Program-made: the position numbers and the translations under genes
In this document: positions 10,894-28,490 of the stretch, in pieces
Layout: every line of letters starts with the position of its first letter
Position numbering within the stretch: the first letter of the stretch is position 1
Notes under the pieces: model-generated
What the model was told of the DNA's origin: nothing
Databases searched by the model: none
The model's input: only the letters and a program-made list of their open reading frames with translations
Sequence record: MN850647.1
Origin: Escherichia phage tootiki
Reading direction: 5' to 3' (one strand)
Length of the DNA: 64,000 bases

Positions 10894-11334
10894 ATGAATA
10901 CGAAAGCATTAGCAGCAAAGTTTAGTTACGGTGACACTGTATCACATTCTGAGATGGATATCTTCTTAGGTATTGTGAAGCCAACTTATCAAGGTGACAT
11001 TGTTAAGTACGAAGATGAAATGAAGGCTTATTCGCTTACACGTCTAAACCGACTTGAGAAGTTTATTGAGAAGCTTCTTAAAGAAGAGAAGATTTATCTG
11101 GTTGCTTCAATGGGTGTTGGTTATCGTGTGGTTGAACCTAAGCATCAAGCAACTATTGCAAAACGTAAAATGTCTGGTAAGATTGGTCGAGCTTTAAAGC
11201 AAGCCACTCAAGCAATTGAGAATGTGAACACTATGGCACTTAGCCATCAAGAACGTTCACGACTAATTGAACAGCAAAACCATTTAGCTGCTATGAAAGC
11301 TAACATTAACAAGCAACGTAGAAAACCTTTCTAA
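10894..11334 (+). CDS. hypothetical protein
   Basis: 146-aa ORF followed by a hairpin plus T-run terminator. Confidence 0.6.
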   Translation: MNTKALAAKFSYGDTVSHSEMDIFLGIVKPTYQGDIVKYEDEMKAYSLTRLNRLEKFIEKLLKEEKIYLVASMGVGYRVVEPKHQATIAKRKMSGKIGRALKQATQAIENVNTMALSHQERSRLIEQQNHLAAMKANINKQRRKPF

Positions 11335-11342
11335 GTTGACTA

Positions 11343-11369
11343 GGCAGCCTCTTCGGAGGCTCCTTTTTA
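11343..11369 (+). terminator. rho-independent terminator
   Basis: GCCTC-TTCG-GAGGC hairpin followed by TCCTTTTT. Confidence 0.6.
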
Positions 11370-11460
11370 AAAGGTCTTTAAGAGGGTCTTTTAACAAGGT
11401 ATTGTATGGTGTAGTTTGGTTAGGTATGGTTAGGTGTGGTAAGGTAAGGTATGGAAGGAT
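11366..11460. repeat. second copy of the GGTCTT box and G/T-rich repeats
   Basis: TTAAAAGGTCTTTAAGAGGGTCTTTTAA, then GGTTAGGTATGGTTAGGTGTGGTAAGGTAAGGTATGG. Confidence 0.5.
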
Positions 11461-11578
11461 AGCAGTAGCCTTATAAAAAATCTGCCAAATAAGCTATAAA
11501 ATCTGTTGACAGGTCAGGTGTTATAGCTTATTTTTATACTCAATGTAATACAAAATTTAATATAACTTTGAGGTCATT

Positions 11579-11962
11579 ATGAAAAAGGTTTTATTAGCTG
11601 CTGCAATGGTTATGGCAATGAATTTACCAGTTAATGCAACAGAACTTCCAAATGTGGACTTATCAGGTGTTCCAGAAGACACTTGCCAGATTGTTAAAGG
11701 TGTTGCTCTATCTAAAGGTGAGCTACTTAAACCAATCTCTGAAGAGTCTTTGACAGAGATGACTGATAAGGTAACTGACTACCAGTATCGCGTTCTTGCA
11801 GAGTATTTCCTGCAATCTGCAAATATTAAAGAGAAGCACCATGATGATATTGATGTACAGGCTATGCTCAACCATCGTATCCAGTTTAAAGAAGATTTGA
11901 TGCAAAAAGCTATGTACGGTGTTGAATATTTCTTAGAAAACAGAAGCTGCACAGGTATTTGA
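11579..11962 (+). CDS. putative secreted protein
   Basis: N-terminal signal peptide MKKVLLAAAMVMAMNLPVNA. Confidence 0.6.
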   Translation: MKKVLLAAAMVMAMNLPVNATELPNVDLSGVPEDTCQIVKGVALSKGELLKPISEESLTEMTDKVTDYQYRVLAEYFLQSANIKEKHHDDIDVQAMLNHRIQFKEDLMQKAMYGVEYFLENRSCTGI

Positions 11963-11963
11963 T

Positions 11964-12176
11964 ATGGCTCTTAAAAAGTTACATCCCAGAAGCGGTTATG
12001 GTAAGATAATTGACGATACAGACGGCTTTACAGTCTTTACAGTCATCTGTCAAGATGATTCACAGATTGAAAAGGCTCTTGACGATTATCTTAATGATGA
12101 ACGTGAAAAGGTTAGGGCTACAAACATAGATTCATTGATTGACACTTCACGCAAACGGAAGAAGAAAGATGAATGA
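11964..12176 (+). CDS. hypothetical protein
   Basis: 70-aa ORF. Confidence 0.5.
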   Translation: MALKKLHPRSGYGKIIDDTDGFTVFTVICQDDSQIEKALDDYLNDEREKVRATNIDSLIDTSRKRKKKDE

Positions 12177-12468
12177 GGTTTTTGACCCTTATGCCCCACA
12201 AGATGATTGGGAGGCTGATAGAGAGGCTGAAATGGAGAGTTATATTTGTCCAATGGATGTAGATGAAATGAGAGACTTCGTTGCACATCGTTTTAAGAGA
12301 GAGATTAAATCAAGAGGTCTTTCTCAAGAGCAAGTTGCTAAAATTTGTGGTATCTCTCAGGCTCGTGTATCCAACATAATCCACCTCACTGGTAATGTTT
12401 CCCTTGAGTATATGTTGGAAGTATGTGAAAAATTTGGTGTTAATTTCAATTTAAGGTTGGCAGACTAA
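12169..12468 (+). CDS. helix-turn-helix DNA-binding protein (XRE-like)
   Basis: LSQEQVAKICGISQARVSNI resembles an HTH_3 motif; start uncertain (12139 or 12169). Confidence 0.55.
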   Translation: MNEVFDPYAPQDDWEADREAEMESYICPMDVDEMRDFVAHRFKREIKSRGLSQEQVAKICGISQARVSNIIHLTGNVSLEYMLEVCEKFGVNFNLRLAD

Positions 12469-12469
12469 T

Positions 12470-12829
12470 ATGAAACGTGAAAACATTATCCACTCTGAAA
12501 ACTTCGCATTAGGCTTTTATGGTGTACCTACTCACCTTGAAAAGTATTATGGTGTAAAGATTCTTTCCAATCTCATTATGGCTTACAAAGATGGTAAGAT
12601 TAAGCATACTGAGAAGAAACGTGTCATGGGTTATATGGCTGTAGGTTCAGCAATCTCGAACATTAAGCTGGAAACAACTAGCAGCCAGATTGTGAAAGAC
12701 CACTTCATCAAAGAGCTTTACCAGAATCTTGAAGGTGTAGATGTTCAGGCTGTTTGGTTGGATGTTGATGGTCATAACTACACAAGTTTTGTTTTCAAAA
12801 ACGATGACATTAAGTGTCTGTTCCCATAA
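12470..12829 (+). CDS. hypothetical protein
   Basis: 119-aa ORF. Confidence 0.55.
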   Translation: MKRENIIHSENFALGFYGVPTHLEKYYGVKILSNLIMAYKDGKIKHTEKKRVMGYMAVGSAISNIKLETTSSQIVKDHFIKELYQNLEGVDVQAVWLDVDGHNYTSFVFKNDDIKCLFP

Positions 12830-12842
12830 TAGGTGATTAACT

Positions 12843-13358
12843 ATGATTGATAGCTTCTTACAAGATGCTCATGCAGACTTCCTTAAAGAGATGCTTAAAA
12901 AGTTTATGGCTTCACAGTATGAGAATGAAGCATCTTTTAAAATAGTTACATGTGGCGACGAAGCTGGTTTTGTTGAGATTGAGCATGAAGGTACTGGAAA
13001 GACTGTTTGTAAGTTACCTGATAGTATGTTCTCTAAAACGTTCTTAACAAAGACTAGTATAAATGTTAAGCTTGTACCACAGATTGAAACATACTCTGGT
13101 ACAGACTACCCTAAAGGTTTTAAGTCACTAATGAAGTACTTCTTGGATGACTTTGTGGGTAATCTTCTGAGGGAGGTAAAAGAAAGTCGTACAGTGTTGA
13201 CTGTAGAGAACATGGGAGGAACTATCAAGGTCACTTCTGACTGTTTTGTTATGAGCCTCTTCGACTTCGTTCCTAAGAACTTTGATGGTATTCTGGATGA
13301 AGAAGATGACTGTGTAGACTTTATATTGGTTCTTGAGCCAGTTTTTGAGGTTAAATAA
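12843..13358 (+). CDS. hypothetical protein
   Basis: 171-aa ORF. Confidence 0.6.
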   Translation: MIDSFLQDAHADFLKEMLKKFMASQYENEASFKIVTCGDEAGFVEIEHEGTGKTVCKLPDSMFSKTFLTKTSINVKLVPQIETYSGTDYPKGFKSLMKYFLDDFVGNLLREVKESRTVLTVENMGGTIKVTSDCFVMSLFDFVPKNFDGILDEEDDCVDFILVLEPVFEVK

Positions 13359-13619
13359 ATGAAAATTGAACACTGCTATGAGTCTGATGGAACACCTATC
13401 CGATGTCCACATTGTGGGTGTACAGACTTACAAGGTGAAGTAAGTGAAATAGTCAACGGTCATATTGCTGAAGAAAGTACCCGATGCACAGGGTGTAATG
13501 AAATTATCGCTTTCTGGGCTTATGGTTCATACCAACCCTCTCCACATTTTATCTACCATCGTAGTAAAGTTGTGAAGAGTGTCATCAACTGGTTCATTAA
13601 GAGAGGGTTTACAAAATGA
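13359..13619 (+). CDS. zinc-ribbon-like small protein
   Basis: CPHCGC...CTGC. Confidence 0.5.
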   Translation: MKIEHCYESDGTPIRCPHCGCTDLQGEVSEIVNGHIAEESTRCTGCNEIIAFWAYGSYQPSPHFIYHRSKVVKSVINWFIKRGFTK

Positions 13620-14161
13620 TTAAGCTAATATTTGCAAGTGGTGAAAACGGTGAATTTGGTACTCCAACTGGTATGCCGTGGCCTCGACATAAACAGGACA
13701 TGCAAGAGTTTAAGAGACTCACTAAAAATAACTTAGTAGTCATGGGTAATGAGACTTTTAAGACTCTGGGTAGTAAACCTTTACCAGAACGTGCAAACCT
13801 CATCTTAACAAATTCTGTACCATACTTAGGCATAGACTTTGGCAAAGATGATGTAATGTATGCTAAAGCCAGTAAAGAGTCATTTGGAGCATTTTTGAAG
13901 TATCTTGATAGCTCTATTGATGAAGATGTCTTTGTAATTGGTGGCGCAGGTGTCCTTGTCGATGCTTTGCCGTATGCTGGTGTAGTTTTCCATACAGTTT
14001 TCCATAAAGTTACTGAAGAGGCCACTGTGTATTTACCTTTTGAAAACTTCTTTGATAAACTGTATGATAGCCGTGTATTTGCAAAGGTGCAGTCAAGACC
14101 CTCAGATGATGGTAAAGCAACCTTTGAGATTTATGTTCCACAAGTAAAAGGACACTTTTGA
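13616..14161 (+). CDS. dihydrofolate reductase
   Basis: GMPWP, LVVMGNETFKTLGSKPLPERANLILT and VIGGAGV match the DHFR pattern (E. coli FolA: MPW, [24 protein letters not shown], VIGGG). Confidence 0.7.
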   Translation: MIKLIFASGENGEFGTPTGMPWPRHKQDMQEFKRLTKNNLVVMGNETFKTLGSKPLPERANLILTNSVPYLGIDFGKDDVMYAKASKESFGAFLKYLDSSIDEDVFVIGGAGVLVDALPYAGVVFHTVFHKVTEEATVYLPFENFFDKLYDSRVFAKVQSRPSDDGKATFEIYVPQVKGHF

Positions 14162-14162
14162 T

Positions 14163-15062
14163 ATGTCACAAGCTGATTTGAGTTACAAAAATATCCTGAA
14201 CCATGTTCTATCTGTTGGTGAACTGCGTACTACACGAACTGGGGATGTTATCTCTGCATTTGCTCCACCACAGTTTCGTTTTGATATGCGTACTGGTTTC
14301 CCACTCTTAACATCTAAACAGGTGTTTACACGGCAAGTTATTGGGGAAGCTTTATGGTTCCTGAATGGTGAGAATAAACTTGGCGAACTCCGTTACCGTA
14401 CTTGGGGTGAAAATGATGGGGAACGTTGGACTATCTGGTCAGATGATTTTAAACGCTGGTTAAGCTCTAACTATTCTTCTGAGCAAGACTGGTTAGAAGA
14501 TGCAGGTGGGAGAATCTACGGGGTTCAGTGGAGAAACTTTGAAGGTCATAACGGTTGTGTTGTAGACCAGTTAGAGACCTTAGTAACGAAGATGAAAGGT
14601 GATATCACAGACCGTTACATGCTTGTTAATGCTTGGAATGCAGCAGATATTGCAGCAAACTCAATGGCTTTAGCACCTTGTCATGTCCTGTTTCAGATTT
14701 ATATCACTAACGAAGGTGAAGTTGACTTACAATGGTATCAACGTTCTGTAGACACCTTTTTAGGACTTCCGTTTAATATTGCGTCTTATGGTTTTATTCT
14801 GGAAGTTCTTTGTAAGATGACTGGGTACACTCCACGATACTTGATAGGTGTCTTTGGGGATACTCAGATTTATCAGAATCATATGAAGCAGGTTTATGAA
14901 CTGATGAACAACGAAGAGTTCCATGCACCTACTTTTGAGATTGGTGTACCACTTAACACTTTAAGTGACTTAAAACATCTTACTGCAAGTGACTTTATTG
15001 GTGGCATCAACAACTACAAACATGCAGGAAAGATTGAAGCACCTTTGTCAGTAGGTAAGTAA
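14163..15062 (+). CDS. thyA: thymidylate synthase
   Basis: FPLLTSK, GVQWRNF, LAPCHVLFQIY and QWYQRSVDTFLGLPFNIASY active-site motifs. Confidence 0.85.
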   Translation: MSQADLSYKNILNHVLSVGELRTTRTGDVISAFAPPQFRFDMRTGFPLLTSKQVFTRQVIGEALWFLNGENKLGELRYRTWGENDGERWTIWSDDFKRWLSSNYSSEQDWLEDAGGRIYGVQWRNFEGHNGCVVDQLETLVTKMKGDITDRYMLVNAWNAADIAANSMALAPCHVLFQIYITNEGEVDLQWYQRSVDTFLGLPFNIASYGFILEVLCKMTGYTPRYLIGVFGDTQIYQNHMKQVYELMNNEEFHAPTFEIGVPLNTLSDLKHLTASDFIGGINNYKHAGKIEAPLSVGK

Positions 15063-15106
15063 AAACAAAAAAGGCTCCCGTCAAAAGGAGCCTTAAAATT
15101 TTATTT
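15061..15106. terminator. bidirectional rho-independent terminator between convergent genes
   Basis: Hairpin AGGCTCC/GGAGCCT flanked by an A-run (T-run on minus strand) and TTAAAATTTTATTTTT. Confidence 0.6.
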
Positions 15107-15472
15107 TTCAGTATTCTTTGTGTTCTTCTCAGTAATAGCTTGGAGGGCTGATACTGATTGAGCCAGATTATTCACACTGTCAGAGAATTTATCAAGAGTT
15201 TTGGTAAGTTTTGCGTTTTCACCCTTAACATTCTCTAACTGAACTTTCTGGTTCTCCATCCCTAGCTGAATCAGTCTCATGTCAGACTGTAAATCACGAA
15301 TAGCTGAATAGTTACTTTTGGAATAATTATCTAGCTGTTGTAACTTTGTTGTGACAGACACTTCTTGCTTACCACTTGAAACTTGCATAGTGGTATACAT
15401 CCCAATAACACTAAAAATACCAACTACAATTGCACCAATATTATTTTTAAAAGCTTCCTCTAGCCACTTCAT
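15101..15472 (-). CDS. membrane-anchored coiled-coil protein
   Basis: N-terminal hydrophobic segment then heptad-like sequence. Confidence 0.5.
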   Translation of the reverse strand: MKWLEEAFKNNIGAIVVGIFSVIGMYTTMQVSSGKQEVSVTTKLQQLDNYSKSNYSAIRDLQSDMRLIQLGMENQKVQLENVKGENAKLTKTLDKFSDSVNNLAQSVSALQAITEKNTKNTEK

Positions 15473-15667
15473 TTATTTCTCCCCCTTAAAAGCTTTTTCT
15501 AAGTTATCTACGAACTCATCATCAATAGGTGTGTCTGTTTTACTCGCAAGGTATCTTGCAAGCTTAAAGAACACTTTCTCAATCATGTATTCACTTAGAA
15601 GGGATAAAATGAGTTTCCAGAAGAAACTACCTAGATTTTTTAGAAGAATTGCTAGGATTGTAGGCAT
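15473..15667 (-). CDS. small membrane protein
   Basis: 64-aa ORF with hydrophobic N-terminus. Confidence 0.45.
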   Translation of the reverse strand: MPTILAILLKNLGSFFWKLILSLLSEYMIEKVFFKLARYLASKTDTPIDDEFVDNLEKAFKGEK

Positions 15668-15746
15668 TTAATCACCTCATCAGCCAAGATGGTGAGAATA
15701 CCCATAAAGAATATTAACACCATCTTAACAATCAGTCAACAAGGGA

Positions 15747-18098
15747 TTAAGCAGTTCTTACCCAAGCCATTAACTTGTAGAACTGGTTAGTAACACTAAA
15801 TGCTGAACCAGAACCTGTACCACCAGTGTTACCACTAACTGTATGAGTGTGAGCACCGATACCTACACTGTGAGCATGGTTACCAGCAGAAGCGGCAGTA
15901 CCACTTACAGAGTGGGTGTGAGCACCGTTAGCATCGGTGTAACCCGGTCCTACACCAATACTACCACCACCACCACCAGAGTAGTGTGTAGAGTTCTGAC
16001 CAATCCACGAAATGGAATGGTTGTGGTTACCAGCAGATGAAGTAGAGCCACTTACAGAGTGAGCGTGAGCACCAGTCGTGTTAGTGTTTTTAGTTCCGTA
16101 GTCAAAAGATGAAGTGGTAGCAGAAAAACTGTGAGTGTGTGAAGGTAAGTTCCCAACAGCTAACGTCACAGAGTCTGAACCACCAGTTGTAGCAACATCT
16201 GAACCGTTTGCTGCTGCAATTCTAATAGTTCTACCAACACCATTGTTGAGGTACGTCCAAGTTAGACCAGGCAGTGCTGTATTAGGGTTAACATTACTGT
16301 TAAACCATGTCACAATACCTACTGGATAGATTTTATTAAGGTCTGTAGAGTCACTTACTGCCTGTGCAATCTTCTGGTCAGTTTCAGCTTTAGTGTATGC
16401 ACCAAGCTCTGAAGGGGTTGGTTTCTGAGCCTCTGTGTAAACCTTAGACCACTTAGTCTCAAAACCTTTACTGTCTACAGATGTTCTGTACCACATCCCA
16501 CCATTTTTATACTGGAACTTTAGTTGCGCACAGGCAGTAGAAGAGGACACTCCCTGATACATTTGAAATACAAGTGATGTGTAATCACCATTTGGTGATG
16601 TTACATTATATAAGCCTGTTTTAGCGTTCCATGCCACACCATCTGCATTCTGCTCTGTAGCTTCTCCTGTAGAACCTGCAACCATGAATCTCTGATTAGC
16701 TGCTGACTGAGTGAAGTATCTAGCATCTAAGTTAGACCAATCAGAAGGTTTTACCTGTCCAGTAATCTGTAGAGATTTAGACAGAAGAATTTCGTCAGCT
16801 AAATCGAGTCTTGCACCAGTCAAGTAGTTATGGAAAGATGCAATACCAGAACCATTTGTCCCACAACCGATAAACCACTTATTTGTGTTATCAGTATTCT
16901 TACCAACAATGTAAGAAGAATTATTCTGAGCCTTGCTGTAGATTCTTAATGCTTCACCATCAGATTGAATATTCTGCTGTAAAGTGAATGTGTTAGCTTC
17001 ATTCTTCTTAGCAAGATTTGCGTATGAGCCGATAAGAACATAACGAGAGTCAATGTTAGTCCAATCTGAAGGTTGAACTTGACCAGTTACAGTTAGTGTT
17101 TTATTGATATTAACACTTGTCCCTACAGTAATCTTGCCACTAGTTTTGTAGTTTTCTAGAGCTACGTTATCACCTTCGTTACTATTACCAATGTACCATC
17201 TGTTGACACCTGTGCTATCAATCGCCTTAATGTACAATGGTTGTGCAGCATTGGCATTCTGTAGCCTAATTGCTTCACCATCTTTTTTGAAAACACTTAG
17301 TTGGTTGAATGTGTTTAAACCACTGAATGTGTTATTACCAACTAACTGTGCAAATCTCTGATTAGCTGCTGTCTGAGTAAAGTATCTAGCATCTAAGTTA
17401 GAGAAGTCAGAAGGTTGCACTTGACCATTGATTGATAAAGACCTATTAAAAGAAGCAGCCGTGCCTAGAGTGAGGATGGAACCTAGTTTACTCTCGATTT
17501 GAACATCAAGACTACCCCTAATCAGGTTCCCAATAGCCCAAGTTTTTTCATTACTTGCATCCCTACCTACAATAGCAGAGTATGCACTATCCCCACTCAC
17601 AGGAGACCTTAGTGTTAACTGTTCCCCATTTGCTACAATGGTCTGTTTAGAGTTAAATGTGTTTGTAACAGCCAACCTTGCATATCTTGCGTCATTCTCT
17701 TCATTAGTTCTCATCCCAAGTTCATTAGGACTTGGCTTATTAAGAGTATGATAAACAGTTGCAGACCTTGAAGCATCTGCAATAGTTAGTTTAAGACCAT
17801 TTGCGTTGATTTTAAAAGCCTTTAAAACATCCCCCATAGTAATCTCAGAAGAACCTGTAGGGTCAAATACTGCCTTACCACCATAAAGTAACTTGACAAT
17901 TCCTAAGTCACCCGTCATAGTGCTACCAGCAATCTGGACAAACCTTTCTAGTTTAAAAGATGCTAAGAAGTCTTGATAGGTCATTCGACGGTCTTCATCA
18001 CCCAACATTTCAGGTCTCTTTTTAACCCTGACATGAAGAAGGTCATCTGAACGAATTGTATCAATTGAGTTTAATTCACTCAACTTGTAATCTGCCAT
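15747..18098 (-). CDS. tail fibre protein with C-terminal HxH repeats
   Basis: Repeated GAHAHSVSG / AGNHNHS / GAHTHTVSG motifs near the C-terminus. Confidence 0.7.
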   Translation of the reverse strand: MADYKLSELNSIDTIRSDDLLHVRVKKRPEMLGDEDRRMTYQDFLASFKLERFVQIAGSTMTGDLGIVKLLYGGKAVFDPTGSSEITMGDVLKAFKINANGLKLTIADASRSATVYHTLNKPSPNELGMRTNEENDARYARLAVTNTFNSKQTIVANGEQLTLRSPVSGDSAYSAIVGRDASNEKTWAIGNLIRGSLDVQIESKLGSILTLGTAASFNRSLSINGQVQPSDFSNLDARYFTQTAANQRFAQLVGNNTFSGLNTFNQLSVFKKDGEAIRLQNANAAQPLYIKAIDSTGVNRWYIGNSNEGDNVALENYKTSGKITVGTSVNINKTLTVTGQVQPSDWTNIDSRYVLIGSYANLAKKNEANTFTLQQNIQSDGEALRIYSKAQNNSSYIVGKNTDNTNKWFIGCGTNGSGIASFHNYLTGARLDLADEILLSKSLQITGQVKPSDWSNLDARYFTQSAANQRFMVAGSTGEATEQNADGVAWNAKTGLYNVTSPNGDYTSLVFQMYQGVSSSTACAQLKFQYKNGGMWYRTSVDSKGFETKWSKVYTEAQKPTPSELGAYTKAETDQKIAQAVSDSTDLNKIYPVGIVTWFNSNVNPNTALPGLTWTYLNNGVGRTIRIAAANGSDVATTGGSDSVTLAVGNLPSHTHSFSATTSSFDYGTKNTNTTGAHAHSVSGSTSSAGNHNHSISWIGQNSTHYSGGGGGSIGVGPGYTDANGAHTHSVSGTAASAGNHAHSVGIGAHTHTVSGNTGGTGSGSAFSVTNQFYKLMAWVRTA

Positions 18099-18144
18099 TA
18101 TAAATTTTCCTCTTAAAAGGGGCTATAAAGCCCCTGTAAAGAAA

Positions 18145-19293
18145 CTAAGCTGTTCTCTGCCATACATACAATACGAAGGATGGCTGTTCAACACTAAATG
18201 CTTGACCAGAACCAGTTGGACCAGTTGTGCCAGAGTGTGAATGCTCACCTGCTCCGGTTACTGTTACTGTTGCTGAGTGGTTGTGGGAACCAATTGCAAC
18301 AGAATGGTTGTGAGCACCAATCCCAACTGTGTGATTATGCGCGCCAATTGCTACAGAGTGAGTGTGGTTGTTAGCTGTTGTCAACGTAGCTCTTGGGTCA
18401 TAGCTTGCCCCCTCAACCGATAAACCTCTCCAGCCACCATCAGCATAGCCACGGTTAATGAATGTTGTTTGTGTTAAGCCAGCGGCACTTGTTGTTCTGT
18501 TGCCATAGTCGTAAGTAGATACGGTCTTGGTTCCGTAGTCAAACGTTGTAGTCCCTTTAGTGCCATAATCAAAAGCACTGATAGAGGCCGTTGCACCATG
18601 AGTGTGACCACCACCAGTGACATACACTGAGTGGGTATGTGCAGGGATGTTATTAACCGTCAGTGCAGTAGTCTGTGAACCAAACGTTGAACCAACTGGC
18701 CTAGAATCACTATCATAACCTACAAGTGCTCTCCCTTTTGAGACTAACTCCCAAGTACCTCCACAAATTAAATATGTAGAGGGGTTTGCAGGATTCATAG
18801 AAAGATGGATAGTACCTACTGGATAAGAAGCCTGAACAGCCTTGTACAAGTTATTTACTGCTCTTGCTGTAGCATACTTATCTGCATCCTCATTATAAAG
18901 GTTAGATGTCACCCAGTTCTGAACATTACTTAACCCAACCTGTGCCTTAGTGGTGTTGTGTGGGTTGCTCTTATCATCAATATGTTGTTGAATAAGATTA
19001 TTAACCTCTTCTGAAGACATAATCTGTAGATTTGCTCTTGCCTCAGCTACATTAACAATATCTGATAAGTTATTTGCAGCAACTAACTGAAGAGCATTAA
19101 TAACATTGTCTAGACCAATTTGTGTCTTAGTAACACCATGAGGGTTGTTTCTTAGGCTTGAGTGTGGAGCAAGTAATTGCTCAAGAGTACATCTCTTATC
19201 CTCGATACCCTGTTTAAGATGGAAGATATCACTAAGGTCAATTGGTAAGGCTGCTTGAGGCAAGGCACTAATTTGAATTTCACCTACTGCCAT
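18145..19293 (-). CDS. tail fibre protein with HxH repeats
   Basis: AHTHSV, GGHTHG, NNHTHSVAIGAHNHTVGIGAHNHSVAIGSHNHS repeats. Confidence 0.7.
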   Translation of the reverse strand: MAVGEIQISALPQAALPIDLSDIFHLKQGIEDKRCTLEQLLAPHSSLRNNPHGVTKTQIGLDNVINALQLVAANNLSDIVNVAEARANLQIMSSEEVNNLIQQHIDDKSNPHNTTKAQVGLSNVQNWVTSNLYNEDADKYATARAVNNLYKAVQASYPVGTIHLSMNPANPSTYLICGGTWELVSKGRALVGYDSDSRPVGSTFGSQTTALTVNNIPAHTHSVYVTGGGHTHGATASISAFDYGTKGTTTFDYGTKTVSTYDYGNRTTSAAGLTQTTFINRGYADGGWRGLSVEGASYDPRATLTTANNHTHSVAIGAHNHTVGIGAHNHSVAIGSHNHSATVTVTGAGEHSHSGTTGPTGSGQAFSVEQPSFVLYVWQRTA

Positions 19294-19295
19294 TA

Positions 19296-27314
<8,019 letters not shown>

Positions 27315-27315
<1 letters not shown>

Positions 27316-27554
27316 TACATTTTTCCTGCTCTTCTAAGTTCGTTGTAAGCAATTTCCTCTTTATACGACCTCTGAATTTCAAGAAATTGTCTCAATGATA
27401 ATAAATCAGAGAATGTCATAGCAAAGAGTTGGTCAAGTGTTTCTTTACACCCTTCCATACCATAAATAGCAAGCACAAATTTCATCTCGTCTGCTTCTTC
27501 ATAGGTTGCCTCTACAGCAGCATCAGTTAGTGGTGTCTGTAGAGTGTTACCCAT
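27315..27554 (-). CDS. putative tail assembly chaperone
   Basis: Small ORF between tube and tape measure. Confidence 0.4.
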
Positions 27555-27556
27555 GT

Positions 27557-27955
27557 TTACTGAGAAGTTAGGCTTTTGAAAATGCTTGCTTCGAAAAAAC
27601 TTCCGAAGTTTGCCTCCAGCGCAAATGCTAAGTAATCAATGAACTCACCATAGTTTGCTTGGAAGTACGTATCAATATTAAGTGGGAAGTCATCAACAGT
27701 TGCCCCTTGAAATAACAGGGTTGCCATCTCTTCAAGGTTAATTTCTTCAATTCTGTCAAAACAAGCTTCAACAAGCTCTTTAAATGGAACCATTGGAGCT
27801 TCTTTCTTATCTTTATCCGTAAGACTTGACAGCATCTGTGCAAATGTTGGAACAACAATTTTACCCAACTTCATAGACATCTTAATACCATCTCTTGCCC
27901 CAAGCAGGATGATATTTACTTTCTTACCATTAATTACTCTAGATTCTGTTTTCAT
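27557..27955 (-). CDS. putative tail assembly chaperone
   Basis: Small ORF between tube and tape measure. Confidence 0.4.
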   Translation of the reverse strand: MKTESRVINGKKVNIILLGARDGIKMSMKLGKIVVPTFAQMLSSLTDKDKKEAPMVPFKELVEACFDRIEEINLEEMATLLFQGATVDDFPLNIDTYFQANYGEFIDYLAFALEANFGSFFEASIFKSLTSQ

Positions 27956-28028
27956 TGTGATTCCTTAATACTTTTAAAAGAAACAAAAAAGGGGAAGACC
28001 TTTTAAAGTCTCCCCCTTATAGGATTTA

Positions 28029-28475
28029 TTAAACACTTGACGCTGGAATTGTAGAAGTGTAGTCTAACTTCTCACAACCAAAAATCCAAGTTTTAGAGTT
28101 CTGGTCACGACCAAGTTCAATCTGTGGTAACTCCTGCAACCAAGCGTTAATACCAGTTGCCAGAACAGAGCCTGATGGGTCGTAGATTACGAAGTTAGAA
28201 GAGATATCTTCTTCAAGTTCCATATTGTCTTGTTTAGCTTGAATTGCAGAAAGCATCTGGTTAGAGAGAGAAGTCTGCATTAACTCAATCTCAATAGTAC
28301 CTGTCTTGTCTGCATTTCTTGTCAGAGCAACTTGACCACCTGCACCAACAACTGGTGTCACGAGTGGTGATGTTCTCTGTAGACGCAAGAATGAGTCTGG
28401 GGCAAAGCCTTCAATGGCAATACCATTCCAGCTACATACAACGTCTTTAGGGGAATATTGCTGATACATAGCCAT
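28029..28475 (-). CDS. putative tail tube protein
   Basis: 148-aa ORF immediately downstream of the putative sheath gene. Confidence 0.55.
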   Translation of the reverse strand: MAMYQQYSPKDVVCSWNGIAIEGFAPDSFLRLQRTSPLVTPVVGAGGQVALTRNADKTGTIEIELMQTSLSNQMLSAIQAKQDNMELEEDISSNFVIYDPSGSVLATGINAWLQELPQIELGRDQNSKTWIFGCEKLDYTSTIPASSV

Positions 28476-28490
28476 TCCAATTTACCTCTA

